Counted from the first letter of the stretch, positions 39,316 through 48,161 are shown. The stretch: 64,000 nucleotides of DNA from an uncultured bacterium (GCA_937910695.1 CALEMW010000233.1:3677-67676), one strand, 5' to 3'. Program-made: numbers and translations. Notes: generated by a model not told the origin, from the letters alone.

Positions 39316-39807
39316 TCACTCCCAAATGGGATCGCCGTCGTCAGCGGCGGGCTCTGCGGGTGCGGGTCGGGGACCCTTTGCCGCGACCGGCGACCCGTCC
39401 AGGATCTTCGTCAGAGCGATGGCGACTTTTTCGCCCACCCGCCAGGCCAGTCCAGGGTTGGCTTCGAGCTCACGGAACACCACGAGGGTAAGGCCCCGGC
39501 CGGCCGGCGCCAGCCAAGCCCCGTGGCGATCGTCACAGGCATACCAACAAGGAGGTCTGCCGGCGGAATCACCGCCCAAACCCGAAGTGGCCCGCACGAT
39601 CTTCAAGAACCGACCAGCCAGACCTTCCACGTCTCCCAAGGGTTCACCGCCCTCATGGATCACGAGTCTGCCCTCACGATCGAGCAGCACGACGCCGGTC
39701 ACGCCCTCGCTGTCGAGCAGGGCGAGCACCAGACGACGCACCTCGTCGTAGAGGTGTCGGCTCGGTGTGGTGGATTCCATGCCGTCTTTCCGTTCCGCCC
39801 GACGCAC
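39316..39807 (-). CDS. Roadblock/LC7-domain protein (MglB-like GTPase partner)
   Basis: Immediately upstream of the MglA-like gene with a 1-nt gap. Roadblock-type core LVLALLDSEGVTGVVLLDREGRLVIHEG with a C-terminal Pro/Ala-rich tail. Confidence 0.55.
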   Translation of the reverse strand: MRRAERKDGMESTTPSRHLYDEVRRLVLALLDSEGVTGVVLLDREGRLVIHEGGEPLGDVEGLAGRFLKIVRATSGLGGDSAGRPPCWYACDDRHGAWLAPAGRGLTLVVFRELEANPGLAWRVGEKVAIALTKILDGSPVAAKGPRPAPAEPAADDGDPIWE

Positions 39808-39867
39808 ATCGACGGGCAGGGTCTCGCTGACGACATCGGCTGAAATCGCAAGAACTTGAGGAATGGA

Positions 39868-40518
39868 CTAGAAGGAACGCCGGAACTGGAAAGCCCGGTG
39901 GAGAGTGGCCTCGTCGGTGTAGGCGAGCGCCCCACCCACGGGGATCCCCGTTGCCAGGCGCGTGAGGCTGAGGTCCAGGTCTTCGATCATGCGCTGGATG
40001 TAAAGGGCGGTCGCCTCCCCTTCCACGCTGCTGTCGAGGGCCAGGATAAGTTCCCGCACGTCGTGCTCGCGGATCCGCGCGTCGAGCCTGTCGAACGGCA
40101 GATCGTCGACCCGCACGCCGTCGAGGGGCGAAAGCAGCCGGCCGAGAACGAAATACCTGCCCTGAAAAAACCCGGCCTTTTCGAAGGGCAGGATGTCCAC
40201 AGGCGAGGCCACGACGCAAAGCAGCGCCGAGTCACGTTTATCCGAGCAGCAGATGCGACAGGGGTCGTCCTCGGTGATGGCTCCGCAGCGGCTGCAGGTT
40301 CGCACCTGCTCCCGGGCCGCGGTCACCGATTCCGCTAGCTCTGCAGCCGTTTCCCCGCCGCCCTGGACGAGCTCCAGGGCGATGCGGGTTGCCGACTTGC
40401 GGCCGAGTCCGGGCAGGCGTCCCAGAGCGCGCACCAGACGTTCGAGGGCCGGCGACTGGAATTCGCCGCCGTCGTTGCCCTTGGCCGCTTCGCGGGGTGT
40501 GGGAGTCGCGTGGTCCAC
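39868..40518 (-). CDS. recR: Recombination protein RecR
   Basis: HhH (GLGRKSATRIALEL), C4 zinc finger (CSRCGAITEDDPCRIC) and Toprim domain (LLCVVASPVDI). Confidence 0.9.
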   Translation of the reverse strand: MDHATPTPREAAKGNDGGEFQSPALERLVRALGRLPGLGRKSATRIALELVQGGGETAAELAESVTAAREQVRTCSRCGAITEDDPCRICCSDKRDSALLCVVASPVDILPFEKAGFFQGRYFVLGRLLSPLDGVRVDDLPFDRLDARIREHDVRELILALDSSVEGEATALYIQRMIEDLDLSLTRLATGIPVGGALAYTDEATLHRAFQFRRSF

Positions 40519-40520
40519 AG

Positions 40521-40835
40521 CTACATGCCGGGGAAGCCGGGGATGTTCAGGCCACCGGTGATCGACCCCATCTCCTGCTCGACCATCTCGTCGACCAGGC
40601 GGACGGCCTCGTTCACGGCTGAAAGAACCATGTCGGCCAGGAATTCCGTGTCTTCGGGATCGATGGCCTCGGGTTTTATGGTCAAAGCGGTCAGCTGATG
40701 CTTGCCGTTCATTTCAACGACAACCTGGCCTCCGGCCACTTCGGCGGTCACGCTCTTGGCCGCCAGCTGTTCCTGGGTCTCGGCCATTTGCTTCTGCATC
40801 TTCTGGGCCTGCTTCATCAGGGCGCGCATGTCCAC
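40521..40835 (-). CDS. ybaB: Nucleoid-associated protein YbaB/EbfC
   Basis: 104 aa, MDMRALMKQAQKMQKQMAETQEQL...GGLNIPGFPGM. Conserved dnaX-ybaB-recR synteny. Confidence 0.85.
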   Translation of the reverse strand: MDMRALMKQAQKMQKQMAETQEQLAAKSVTAEVAGGQVVVEMNGKHQLTALTIKPEAIDPEDTEFLADMVLSAVNEAVRLVDEMVEQEMGSITGGLNIPGFPGM

Positions 40836-40865
40836 GTCGTCCTCCTAGATGGTCTCTGGGCTGGG

Positions 40866-42647
40866 TCAGGAAGCGCTGTCGCCGCCGGGGCGGCGCAGCC
40901 AGTCTTCGCGTTCGGCGTCGGGTATGGCCTCGCCGTCGATCAGGTCCACCAAGCTGTCCAGGGTGGCATCCTTGCGGCGCTCATTGTCCAGCGCCTCGTT
41001 TTCGGTGGGCGCCACGGCGCGTCGCAGATCCTCGCGGTGATCGGTGCGGGCCTGATGATCGCCGTCGACGAGCTCAAGGACCAGTTTGCGCCCCAGATGG
41101 GTGCGCGCCTCTGTCTCTAGCAGAGCCAAGTCCTGGCGCAGGCGTTGCAGCTGGAATTCCTTCTCTACGGGATAGGTCAGTGCAATGCGATCGTCGCGTT
41201 CGGCGGGGATGCCCTCCATCAGGCAGGCCGCAATGCCGGGCGACGTGGCGAGCATGGCCTCGATGAACCCGGCCCAGCCCGACACCGTGCAGGCCGCGGC
41301 AGCCTGAAAGACTTCGCCTCCGGCGCTGACGGTCGGCAGATCTTCGGGCCCGATGGCCTCGGCCACACGTGGCGGTGCCGGTGCAGCGGAGACACGGGCT
41401 GCGGCGTGGCCTGAAGTGGTGTGAGCGCCACCCGTCGCGGGCGCCGAACGGGACGGTGTCGACTTGCCGGCGGATCGAGGGTTCCCGCCACCGGTAGCCG
41501 GCGCCCCAACCACTCCGAGAGCGTCGAGCCGCCGCACGAGATCAGAAAGCAACACCCGGGACTCCAGCAACGCCAGTTCCACCAGCAGGGCTTCGAGCAC
41601 CACACGGGGCTGGGTGCTGCGGTGGATGCGTTCGAACCCGCGGGTCGCACGCTCGAGCAGGACCAGCAGATCCTGAGCTGCGAATCCCTCGGCCTGGCCA
41701 CGCAGGACCGAAATCTGTTCCTCAGGCAGGCTGATGCCCGCGGCCAGGGCCGGATCGATCCTCAGCAGCATGAGGTTGCGCAGATTGCCCACCAGCTGAG
41801 CGGCGAAGTCGTCGAGGCTCTGGCCGGCGCCGGCCACGCGGTCGGCGATGCGTAGGGCCGCGGCGGCGTCGTGGGTCAGAATCGCATCGTTCAGTTCGCG
41901 GAACAGGTCCGATTGCACCAGGCCGAACAGATCGACCACGGCCTGTTCGGTCACGGCGCCTTCGCAGGCCGCGAGGACCTGGTCGAGCAGGCTCTGGGCG
42001 TCGCGCATGCTGCCTTCAGCCTGACTCACAACCAGGCGCAGGGCGCCCGGATCGATGGTCATGCCCTCGGTCGCGACGATTTCCTCGAGACGGGCCGTCA
42101 ATTCGTCGCGCGTCAGCAGGCGGAAATCGAAGCGCTGGCAACGCGAGAGGATGGTCCGGGGAATGCGGTTGGGCTCGGTGGTGGCGAAGAAGAAGAACAC
42201 GCGCGCCGGCGGCTCTTCGAGGATCTTCAACAGGGCGTTGAAGGCCCCTTTCGAGAGCATGTGCACTTCGTCGATGATGAAGACGCGGCACTGGCCCTTG
42301 GTGGGCGAGTACTGCGCCATGTCACGCAGCTCACGGATGTTGTCCACGCCGGTATGGCTGGCGGCGTCGATCTCCAGCACGTCGAGCCAGGTGCCGGCGG
42401 CGATGCCCTTGCAGGAGTCGCAGACGCCACAAGGCAAGTCGGCCGCGCCGACGGCGCAGTTGAGCGCCTTGGCCAAGAGTCTCGCGACCGTGGTCTTGCC
42501 GCAACCGCGGGGCCCTGAGAAGAGATAGGCGTGGGAGAGCTTTCCGTTGCGCAACGCCGCGCGGAGGGTGCCAGTGACGTGCTCCTGGCCCACCATCTCC
42601 TCAAAGGTCGAGGGCCGGTATTTTCGGGCCAGGGCATGGTAGGTCAT
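40866..42647 (-). CDS. dnaX: DNA polymerase III subunits gamma/tau
   Basis: AAA+ clamp-loader motifs (LFSGPRGCGKTT, FIIDEVHML, SRC motif ILSRCQRF) and a zinc module (CGVCDSC). Confidence 0.9.
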   Translation of the reverse strand: MTYHALARKYRPSTFEEMVGQEHVTGTLRAALRNGKLSHAYLFSGPRGCGKTTVARLLAKALNCAVGAADLPCGVCDSCKGIAAGTWLDVLEIDAASHTGVDNIRELRDMAQYSPTKGQCRVFIIDEVHMLSKGAFNALLKILEEPPARVFFFFATTEPNRIPRTILSRCQRFDFRLLTRDELTARLEEIVATEGMTIDPGALRLVVSQAEGSMRDAQSLLDQVLAACEGAVTEQAVVDLFGLVQSDLFRELNDAILTHDAAAALRIADRVAGAGQSLDDFAAQLVGNLRNLMLLRIDPALAAGISLPEEQISVLRGQAEGFAAQDLLVLLERATRGFERIHRSTQPRVVLEALLVELALLESRVLLSDLVRRLDALGVVGAPATGGGNPRSAGKSTPSRSAPATGGAHTTSGHAAARVSAAPAPPRVAEAIGPEDLPTVSAGGEVFQAAAACTVSGWAGFIEAMLATSPGIAACLMEGIPAERDDRIALTYPVEKEFQLQRLRQDLALLETEARTHLGRKLVLELVDGDHQARTDHREDLRRAVAPTENEALDNERRKDATLDSLVDLIDGEAIPDAEREDWLRRPGGDSAS

Positions 42648-42683
42648 GACATCCGTATCGGCATGGGGATTTGAAATGGAGAA

Positions 42684-42783
<100 letters not shown>

Positions 42784-42821
42784 ATCATATCGCGTCCGGG
42801 ACGATTGCCCCAGAGAAAAGG

Positions 42822-42897
42822 TGGTGGAGATGATCGGGTTCGAACCGACGACCCCCACGTTGCGAACGTGGTGCTCTCCCAGCTGAGCTACATCCCC
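42822..42897 (-). tRNA. tRNA-Ala (anticodon CGC)
   Basis: GGGGAUGUAGCUCAGCUGGGAGAGCACCACGUUCGCAACGUGGGGGUCGUCGGUUCGAACCCGAUCAUCUCCACCA. G3:U70 identity pair present and CCA is encoded. Confidence 0.85.
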
Positions 42898-42925
42898 ACC
42901 TGAACTGAGATCACGAGAACGGCGC

Positions 42926-43015
42926 TGGCGGAGAGGCAGGGATTCGAACCCTGGGAACACTTGCGTGCTCAACGGTTTTCGAGACCGCCCCGTTCAACCA
43001 CTCCGGCACCTCTCC
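42926..43015 (-). tRNA. tRNA-Ser (anticodon CGA)
   Basis: GGAGAGGUGCCGGAGUGGUUGAACGGGGCGGUCUCGAAAACCGUUGAGCACGCAAGUGUUCCCAGGGUUCGAAUCCCUGCCUCUCCGCCA. Class II long variable arm. Anticodon loop CUCGAAA. Near-identical anticodon arm to E. coli serU. Confidence 0.85.
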
Positions 43016-43049
43016 ACGCCGTATCCGTCCCTGAGCACGGGACAGAGAA

Positions 43050-43137
43050 TGGCGGAGAGTCAGGGATTCGAACCCTGGGTGCCTTGCGACACACACGATT
43101 TCCAGTCGTGCCGATTCGACCGCTCTCGCAACTCTCC
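43050..43137 (-). tRNA. tRNA-Ser (anticodon GGA)
   Basis: GGAGAGUUGCGAGAGCGGUCGAAUCGGCACGACUGGAAAUCGUG...GGGUUCGAAUCCCUGACUCUCCGCCA. Anticodon loop CUGGAAA and long variable arm. Confidence 0.85.
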
Positions 43138-43206
43138 GCCTGATCTGTTGCGGCGGGCAATATAACATGGCCCTCCGCGAAAATCAACTTAGCCAGAATA
43201 CAGGGG

Positions 43207-43731
43207 TTAGCGCCCCTTGTCCCCTCCCGGTCGCTCCACGTCGCCCCGCCGCAGGCGCCCGAAGAACTCCTTCAGCAGTCCCGCGCACTCCGACGCCAGA
43301 ATCCCCTCCACCACTTCGAAGTCCAGGTTGTAGGGATTCTGCTCCAGGAGTCGGGCGGTCGAAGAGACGGCCCCTGCCCGCGGATCCCTGGTGCCATAGA
43401 CGATCAGACGCGGTCGAGCCAGCAGAATAGCCCCCGAGCACATGGTGCAGGGTTCGAGGGTCGAGTAGAGCGTGCAGGCGTCCAGCCGCCAATCGCCGAT
43501 ACCGGCCGCCGCTGCCCCGAGGGCGAGGATCTCGGCATGGGCGGTGGGGTCGTTCAGGACCTCCACCTGGTTGCGCCCGCGACCGACGATCCGTCCATCA
43601 TGGACCACAACGGCACCGATGGGCACGTCGCCGGCCTCAGCGGCCAAGCGGGCTTCCTCGATCGCGACGCTCATGAAGCGCTCGTGGGTGGCGAAGGAGG
43701 CGAGAGCGTCTTCCATGGCGGCTCCGGTCAT
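43207..43731 (-). CDS. tadA: tRNA adenosine(34) deaminase
   Basis: FMSVAIEEARLAAEAGDVPIGAVVV...HAEILAL...LYSTLEPCTMCSGAI; CDA zinc motif. Start approximate (43731 or 43716). The track ORF is 5'-extended. Confidence 0.8.
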   Translation of the reverse strand: MTGAAMEDALASFATHERFMSVAIEEARLAAEAGDVPIGAVVVHDGRIVGRGRNQVEVLNDPTAHAEILALGAAAAGIGDWRLDACTLYSTLEPCTMCSGAILLARPRLIVYGTRDPRAGAVSSTARLLEQNPYNLDFEVVEGILASECAGLLKEFFGRLRRGDVERPGGDKGR

Positions 43732-43843
43732 CGTTGCGGGCGTGTGATGGATCGGGTGGAAGATAGCATTGCAGCACCAACGGAACAAGACGCCCTCCTG
43801 GCCTGATAAATATTTGACATACACTGGTCTCCCCGCCATGCTG

Positions 43844-43868
43844 TGTTACGATTATTCCATTCGTAACA
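43844..43868 (+). promoter_or_regulatory. Candidate NikR operator: perfect 8-bp inverted repeat TGTTACGA-N9-TCGTAACA
   Basis: Located 14-38 nt upstream of the TTG start (43882) of the nik ECF operon. It partly overlaps the region just upstream of the GGAGG Shine-Dalgarno (43870-43874). nikR is encoded at the operon's end. Confidence 0.35.
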
Positions 43869-43881
43869 TGGAGGCCTCCCC

Positions 43882-44310
43882 TTGCGCTCCCCGACCATCA
43901 TCGCCTTGCTGCTCCTAGTTGCGACCATCGCCTCGGCTCATGGGATCACCCACACCATCACCCGCGACCAAGCCGTCACGATCACCGTGACCCAGTACGA
44001 CGGCTCTCCCCTGGCTCATGCCGAGGCCGAGGTCCGCGCGCCTGACGACGACAGTCCCTTCCTGCAGGGCCGCACCGACGCCCGCGGACGGCTCGTCTTC
44101 CTGCCTGACCGTTCCGGCGACTGGCGCGTCACCGTCCTTACCAGCGACGGTCACGGACTGGACACCGTCGTCCATGTCGACGATCTCGGCGTACCTGCGG
44201 TCCCGAAGGATCCATCCCCGAACCGGACACGGCGAGGACTGGCCGGTTTCGCGATCATCGCCGTGATCACCATGGCCTTGCTGCGTATGCTCAGGGGAGC
44301 ACGCAAATGA
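43882..44310 (+). CDS. NikL/CbiN-like small bitopic membrane component of Ni/Co ECF transporter
   Basis: N-terminal signal/TM (IIALLLLVATIASAHG), a roughly 100-aa beta-rich periplasmic segment and a C-terminal TM (GLAGFAIIAVITMALL). Sits immediately upstream of nikM. TTG start with GGAGG Shine-Dalgarno. Confidence 0.45.
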   Translation: MRSPTIIALLLLVATIASAHGITHTITRDQAVTITVTQYDGSPLAHAEAEVRAPDDDSPFLQGRTDARGRLVFLPDRSGDWRVTVLTSDGHGLDTVVHVDDLGVPAVPKDPSPNRTRRGLAGFAIIAVITMALLRMLRGARK

Positions 44311-44353
44311 GCGGTTCGATCTCTTCCTTCTCGACCAAGTTCTAGGAGGCACC

Positions 44354-45001
44354 GTGCACATCCCCGACGGATTTCTGGGACCGCAGACCTGGCTGCCCGC
44401 CGCAGGCGTTGCCGCGTTGGGTTGGACCTGGGCTGTCCGTCGTGTCCGTCGCACTCTCCACACCGAGAGCGTGCCCACCCTCGGCGTGGTCACGGCCTGC
44501 AGTTTCGGACTGATGCTCGTTACGATCCCCCTGCCCGGCGGCACCACCATCCACGCCACCGGCATCGGCCTGCTCGCGCTGCGCTTCGGCGTGGCGGCGA
44601 CGTTCCTGTCCGTGTCGCTGGTCCTAGCACTGCAGGCCCTGCTGCTGGGCGACGGCGGGCTGACGACCCTGCCGGTGACGGCCCTGGCCCTGGGACTCGT
44701 CGGCGGCGGCGCCGTGGTCGGCACGCACCGGCTGTGTGCGCCCTTCGCCGGACGCTACGCCGTCGGCGCGGCGGCGTTCGTCGGCGTCGTCGCTGCGGCG
44801 TTCGTCGCGGCGATCGTCCTCGGCCTGCAACCGCTGCTGTCCCACGGGCCCGACGGCGCCCCTCTCTACTTCCCCTTCGGCCTGCGCACGACCCTCCCCG
44901 CCGTCGTGCTGCCCCACCTGCTGGTGGGCGTGCTGGAGGCGGCGCTGACCATGGCCGCGGACCGCCTCCTGCGGCATGACGATAAAGGAGGACGGTCATG
45001 A
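44354..45001 (+). CDS. nikM: Ni/Co ECF transporter substrate-capture component CbiM/NikM
   Basis: Hallmark N-terminus MHIPDGFL (metal-coordinating Met1-His2) and about 6 TM helices. Confidence 0.85.
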   Translation: MHIPDGFLGPQTWLPAAGVAALGWTWAVRRVRRTLHTESVPTLGVVTACSFGLMLVTIPLPGGTTIHATGIGLLALRFGVAATFLSVSLVLALQALLLGDGGLTTLPVTALALGLVGGGAVVGTHRLCAPFAGRYAVGAAAFVGVVAAAFVAAIVLGLQPLLSHGPDGAPLYFPFGLRTTLPAVVLPHLLVGVLEAALTMAADRLLRHDDKGGRS

Positions 45002-45561
45002 AAGACCGCGTGCTGCTGCTCGCCGCCCTCGTCGGGCTGGGGCTCCTGTCGTCGATCCACGCGCCGCGCACCCTGGGCCTCGCCCTCGCCGCGGTCCTGA
45101 TCCTCTCGGGCCGCGACGCGCCGGTCCTGCTCAAGCGGGCCGCCTGCGCCGTGCTCCTGTTCAGCGGCGCCGTGTCGATTGTCCATGCCGCAGTCGTCCT
45201 GCGGTCCGGCGGCGATCCGTTGCCCTGGCTCGTGAGTACGAACCTGCGCGTGCTGACGATGACTTCGCTCACCCTGCTCGTCGCCCGCCGCGTGGACCTG
45301 GTCCAGGCTGCCGGCTGCTCCCGCCCACTGCAGTTCGTGGTGGTGTTGGCCCTCGCCCAGATCGCCGTCCTGCGGCGACTCGTGCGGGACTTCGCCCTCG
45401 CCCTGCGCAGCCGCGGCGTCGACCGGCCCGGCCTGCAGACCGCCGTCCGTTACGGCGGCGCCGTGGGCGCGGCCCTGCTGCTCAAAGCGGACCACGATGC
45501 GACCACCGTCACCCAGGCCATGACCTCCCGGGGGTTCTTCAACGATGCTGATCAAGGTTGA
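44998..45561 (+). CDS. nikQ: ECF transporter transmembrane (T) component CbiQ/NikQ
   Basis: Polytopic. Position between the M and O components. ATGA overlap with nikM. Confidence 0.75.
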   Translation: MKDRVLLLAALVGLGLLSSIHAPRTLGLALAAVLILSGRDAPVLLKRAACAVLLFSGAVSIVHAAVVLRSGGDPLPWLVSTNLRVLTMTSLTLLVARRVDLVQAAGCSRPLQFVVVLALAQIAVLRRLVRDFALALRSRGVDRPGLQTAVRYGGAVGAALLLKADHDATTVTQAMTSRGFFNDADQG

Positions 45562-46321
45562 ACACCTGAGCCACGCCCACGACGGCCGACCCGCCCTGCA
45601 CGGCGTGGGCTTCACCGCTCAGGAGGGCGAACGCCTCGTCCTGTTGGGCTGCAACGGCAGCGGCAAATCGACGCTGCTGAAGATCATCGACGGCCTGATC
45701 CCGCCCGACGCCGGCGTCGTGACCTACGACGACCGCCCCGTCGACCGCGCCGCCCTGGCCGACCGCCCGTGGCGCCTGCGTTTCCGCCGCGAAGTCGTCC
45801 TGCTGTTCCAGGACCCCGCCGCCATGCTCTTCCACCCCACCGTGGCCGAGGAGGTGGCCTTCGGGCCGCGTCAGCTCGGCCTCGACGAGCCGGAAGCGCG
45901 GGCCGTAGCCTGGATCGAGAGGGCCGGCCTCGCCGCCCTGCGCGACCGCAGTCCCCACGCGCTGAGCCGGGGCGAACAGCAGAAGGTGGCCCTGGCCTCG
46001 CTGCTCGTGCTCGAGCCGCGCCTGCTGCTGCTCGACGAGCCCACCGCCTCGCTGGACCCGCGCAGCACGGGCTGGCTCGTGGACCTGCTCCAGGACCTCG
46101 AAACGACCACCGTGGTCGCCACCCACAGCCTGTCCCTCGCCCCCGAGCTGGGCTCGCGCTGCCTCGTGCTCGGCGAGGACCACACCCTGCTGCACGACGG
46201 CCCCGTCCCCCGCCCCGACGCCGACATGGATCTGCTGCGCCGCGCCAACCTCGTGCACCGCCACCGTCACGACCACGACGGCCATGTCCACCGCCACGAT
46301 CACGTCCACGACTGGGAGTAG
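45545..46321 (+). CDS. nikO: ECF transporter ATPase CbiO/NikO with His-rich C-terminal tail
   Basis: Walker A GCNGSGKST, signature LSRGEQQKVALA and Walker B LLLLDEP. C-terminal tail HRHRHDHDGHVHRHDHVHDWE. Confidence 0.85.
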   Translation: MLIKVEHLSHAHDGRPALHGVGFTAQEGERLVLLGCNGSGKSTLLKIIDGLIPPDAGVVTYDDRPVDRAALADRPWRLRFRREVVLLFQDPAAMLFHPTVAEEVAFGPRQLGLDEPEARAVAWIERAGLAALRDRSPHALSRGEQQKVALASLLVLEPRLLLLDEPTASLDPRSTGWLVDLLQDLETTTVVATHSLSLAPELGSRCLVLGEDHTLLHDGPVPRPDADMDLLRRANLVHRHRHDHDGHVHRHDHVHDWE

Positions 46322-46323
46322 CC

Positions 46324-46743
46324 ATGAGCCCCGACCAGACCATCCGCTTCACGGTGTCGCTGCCCCGCAACCTGCTCGACGAACTCGACGCAACCATGAC
46401 CCACCGCGGCTACGCCTCGCGCAGCGAACTCGTGCGCGACCTGATCCGCGCCCGCATGATCGAGGCCGCCTGGGACGACCCCGCGGCCGCCGTCCACGGC
46501 GTGCTGACCATCGTCTACGACCACCACCGCCGCGGTCTGACCGACAAGCTCCACGCCGTGCAGCACTCGCAGTACGTGCACATCCTCTGCACCCAGCACG
46601 TGCACCTCGACCACGACCACTGCCTTGAGACCATCGTGCTGCGGGGCACGCCCGCGGAGATCGAGCGGATGGCCCTGGAGATCGGGGGGTTGAAGGGCGT
46701 GAGCTATGCGGAGCTGACGCGGACGGGGGTAGCGGGGGGATAG
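46324..46743 (+). CDS. nikR: Nickel-responsive regulator NikR (RHH plus C-terminal metal-binding domain)
   Basis: RHH N-terminus RFTVSLPRNLLDELD... and a C-terminal His/Cys cluster (HAVQHSQYVHILCTQHVHLDHDHC). ATG at 46324. The track ORF 45769-46743 is a 5' over-extension. Confidence 0.8.
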   Translation: MSPDQTIRFTVSLPRNLLDELDATMTHRGYASRSELVRDLIRARMIEAAWDDPAAAVHGVLTIVYDHHRRGLTDKLHAVQHSQYVHILCTQHVHLDHDHCLETIVLRGTPAEIERMALEIGGLKGVSYAELTRTGVAGG

Positions 46744-46751
46744 CAAGAGGC

Positions 46752-46778
46752 CGCCGCATCGGTTGCGGCGGCCTGGGT
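46752..46778. terminator. GC-rich perfect 11-bp hairpin between convergent nikR and lipoprotein genes (no U-tract)
   Basis: AGGCCGCCGCA-TCGGT-TGCGGCGGCCT. Confidence 0.35.
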
Positions 46779-46804
46779 CTAGGGCGTGCGATATCCCTGT
46801 ACCG

Positions 46805-47407
46805 CTAGTTACTCGAGATTCGGATCACCTTGTTGCCGATGTCTTCCTGCCCAAGCAGCTTCCACTCCGTCTTCGCTTCGCCGCCGACCATCGTGGTGAC
46901 CGGCACTGCGTAGAAGAATTGGGTGCAGGATACTGTGATCGTACCTGCATCATGGTGAAAAATGAACACCACATCATAGAATCCACGCTTTGCACCGGCA
47001 ATGGCTCCGAAATCCGAATGTGAAGCTGAAACAGGTTGCCATGATTCCAAGGGCAGAATCTTGTCAACATCGACGGACCTGATCCCGGAGTTGGTCGAAC
47101 CGGGATCGGGATTCGTCGGCGGATTGCCCGAGAACATGTTTTCGGTGATCCGCACTTCGGTCGCGTAGTCGTGGTCGGTCCCATCGTTGTAGTAGAACTT
47201 GAATCGGGTGTCGAGCAACGCCGTATAGGATTCGTCGTCCAACCTCGTGTAGCTCGTAGAGAAATTCTGCATCAGCTTCTCGGCGGTGCTCGCAAAAATC
47301 TGTCCGGTGTCGGATGGTGGCGGGGCAACGGAGTCGTCGCTGCAACCGGTGCCCAACACGAGGATCATCAAACCGAGAAGAAGGATGGGGATTCTTTGGA
47401 TCTGCAT
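46805..47407 (-). CDS. Secreted lipoprotein, paralog 1 of a 3-gene tandem family
   Basis: Lipobox LGTGCSDD. Shared family motifs FSGNPPTNP, GIRSV, HSDFG, FHHDAGTITVS, QFFYAVPV and TEWKLLGQED. Lacks the C-terminal tail motif of paralogs 2 and 3. Confidence 0.6.
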   Translation of the reverse strand: MQIQRIPILLLGLMILVLGTGCSDDSVAPPPSDTGQIFASTAEKLMQNFSTSYTRLDDESYTALLDTRFKFYYNDGTDHDYATEVRITENMFSGNPPTNPDPGSTNSGIRSVDVDKILPLESWQPVSASHSDFGAIAGAKRGFYDVVFIFHHDAGTITVSCTQFFYAVPVTTMVGGEAKTEWKLLGQEDIGNKVIRISSN

Positions 47408-47537
47408 GGTTTCTCCGAGTTAAGAATGCGCGATAACCTGGACGACTTGATTCCCGTCTTTTCTGCTGCGATCAAATGAGGTCGCTGGAGCCTGCAAGTT
47501 TGATAAGTATGACAGTCTCCTCCCTCATGATGTCTTG

Positions 47538-48161
47538 CTACCGGAACAGACTCTTCAATTCACTCCAGCTCAAGTCTTCGTCGCTCGCCTTGACTGCAAC
47601 GTCTTCCTGACCGAGCAACTTCCACTCCGTGATCGTCGCACCGCCGACCAGGCGCTCGACCGGTACAGCATAGAAAAGCTGGCCACTGCTGATCGTGATC
47701 GTTCCCGCATCATGGTGGAAGATCACGAATATTTCGAAGTAGCCTCTCATCGCACCGGGGATCGAACCGAAATCTGCATGGGCGACATCGACCGGCGCCC
47801 AGGCCCCCTGTATTCTCAGCATGTCGAATTCGATCGATCTGATCCCCTGATGCCATGAATAGGGAGGCGGATTCGTCGGCGGGTTGCCGGAAAATATATT
47901 CCCGATGATCCGCTGTTCCGCGTCGTAATCGTGATCTTCGCCATCGGTATAAAAGAAGCGAAAACGTGAGTCGAGGAGATCGCGGTACTTCGCTCCATCC
48001 ATATCTGCGTACGACGCAACGAAGAAAGCCATCAGCTCCTCGACGGTTTCGGCCTGAGTGTCGATGACCGGAGCGGGCTTGGTCGTATCGTCGCTGCATC
48101 CGATCAGGACGAACATGAGCGCCAAAGTGAAGAACAACGAGAAGGGACGCACCAATTTCAT
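47538..48161 (-). CDS. Secreted lipoprotein, paralog 2
   Basis: Start at MKLVRPF and lipobox LIGCSDD. Same internal motifs. C-terminus ...DEDLSWSELKSLFR. Confidence 0.6.
   Translation of the reverse strand: MKLVRPFSLFFTLALMFVLIGCSDDTTKPAPVIDTQAETVEELMAFFVASYADMDGAKYRDLLDSRFRFFYTDGEDHDYDAEQRIIGNIFSGNPPTNPPPYSWHQGIRSIEFDMLRIQGAWAPVDVAHADFGSIPGAMRGYFEIFVIFHHDAGTITISSGQLFYAVPVERLVGGATITEWKLLGQEDVAVKASDEDLSWSELKSLFR

Noticed and set aside
43814-43819. TTGACA hexamer upstream of the nik operon
   Set aside because: No acceptable -10 element at 16-19 bp spacing (CATGCT). It is kept only as context for the operator candidate.
46752-46778. The strong hairpin considered as an attachment-site or integrase-associated repeat for the lipoprotein island
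   Set aside because: No integrase, no direct repeats and no tRNA-fragment duplication are detectable in the window. It is treated as a GC-type terminator between convergent genes.
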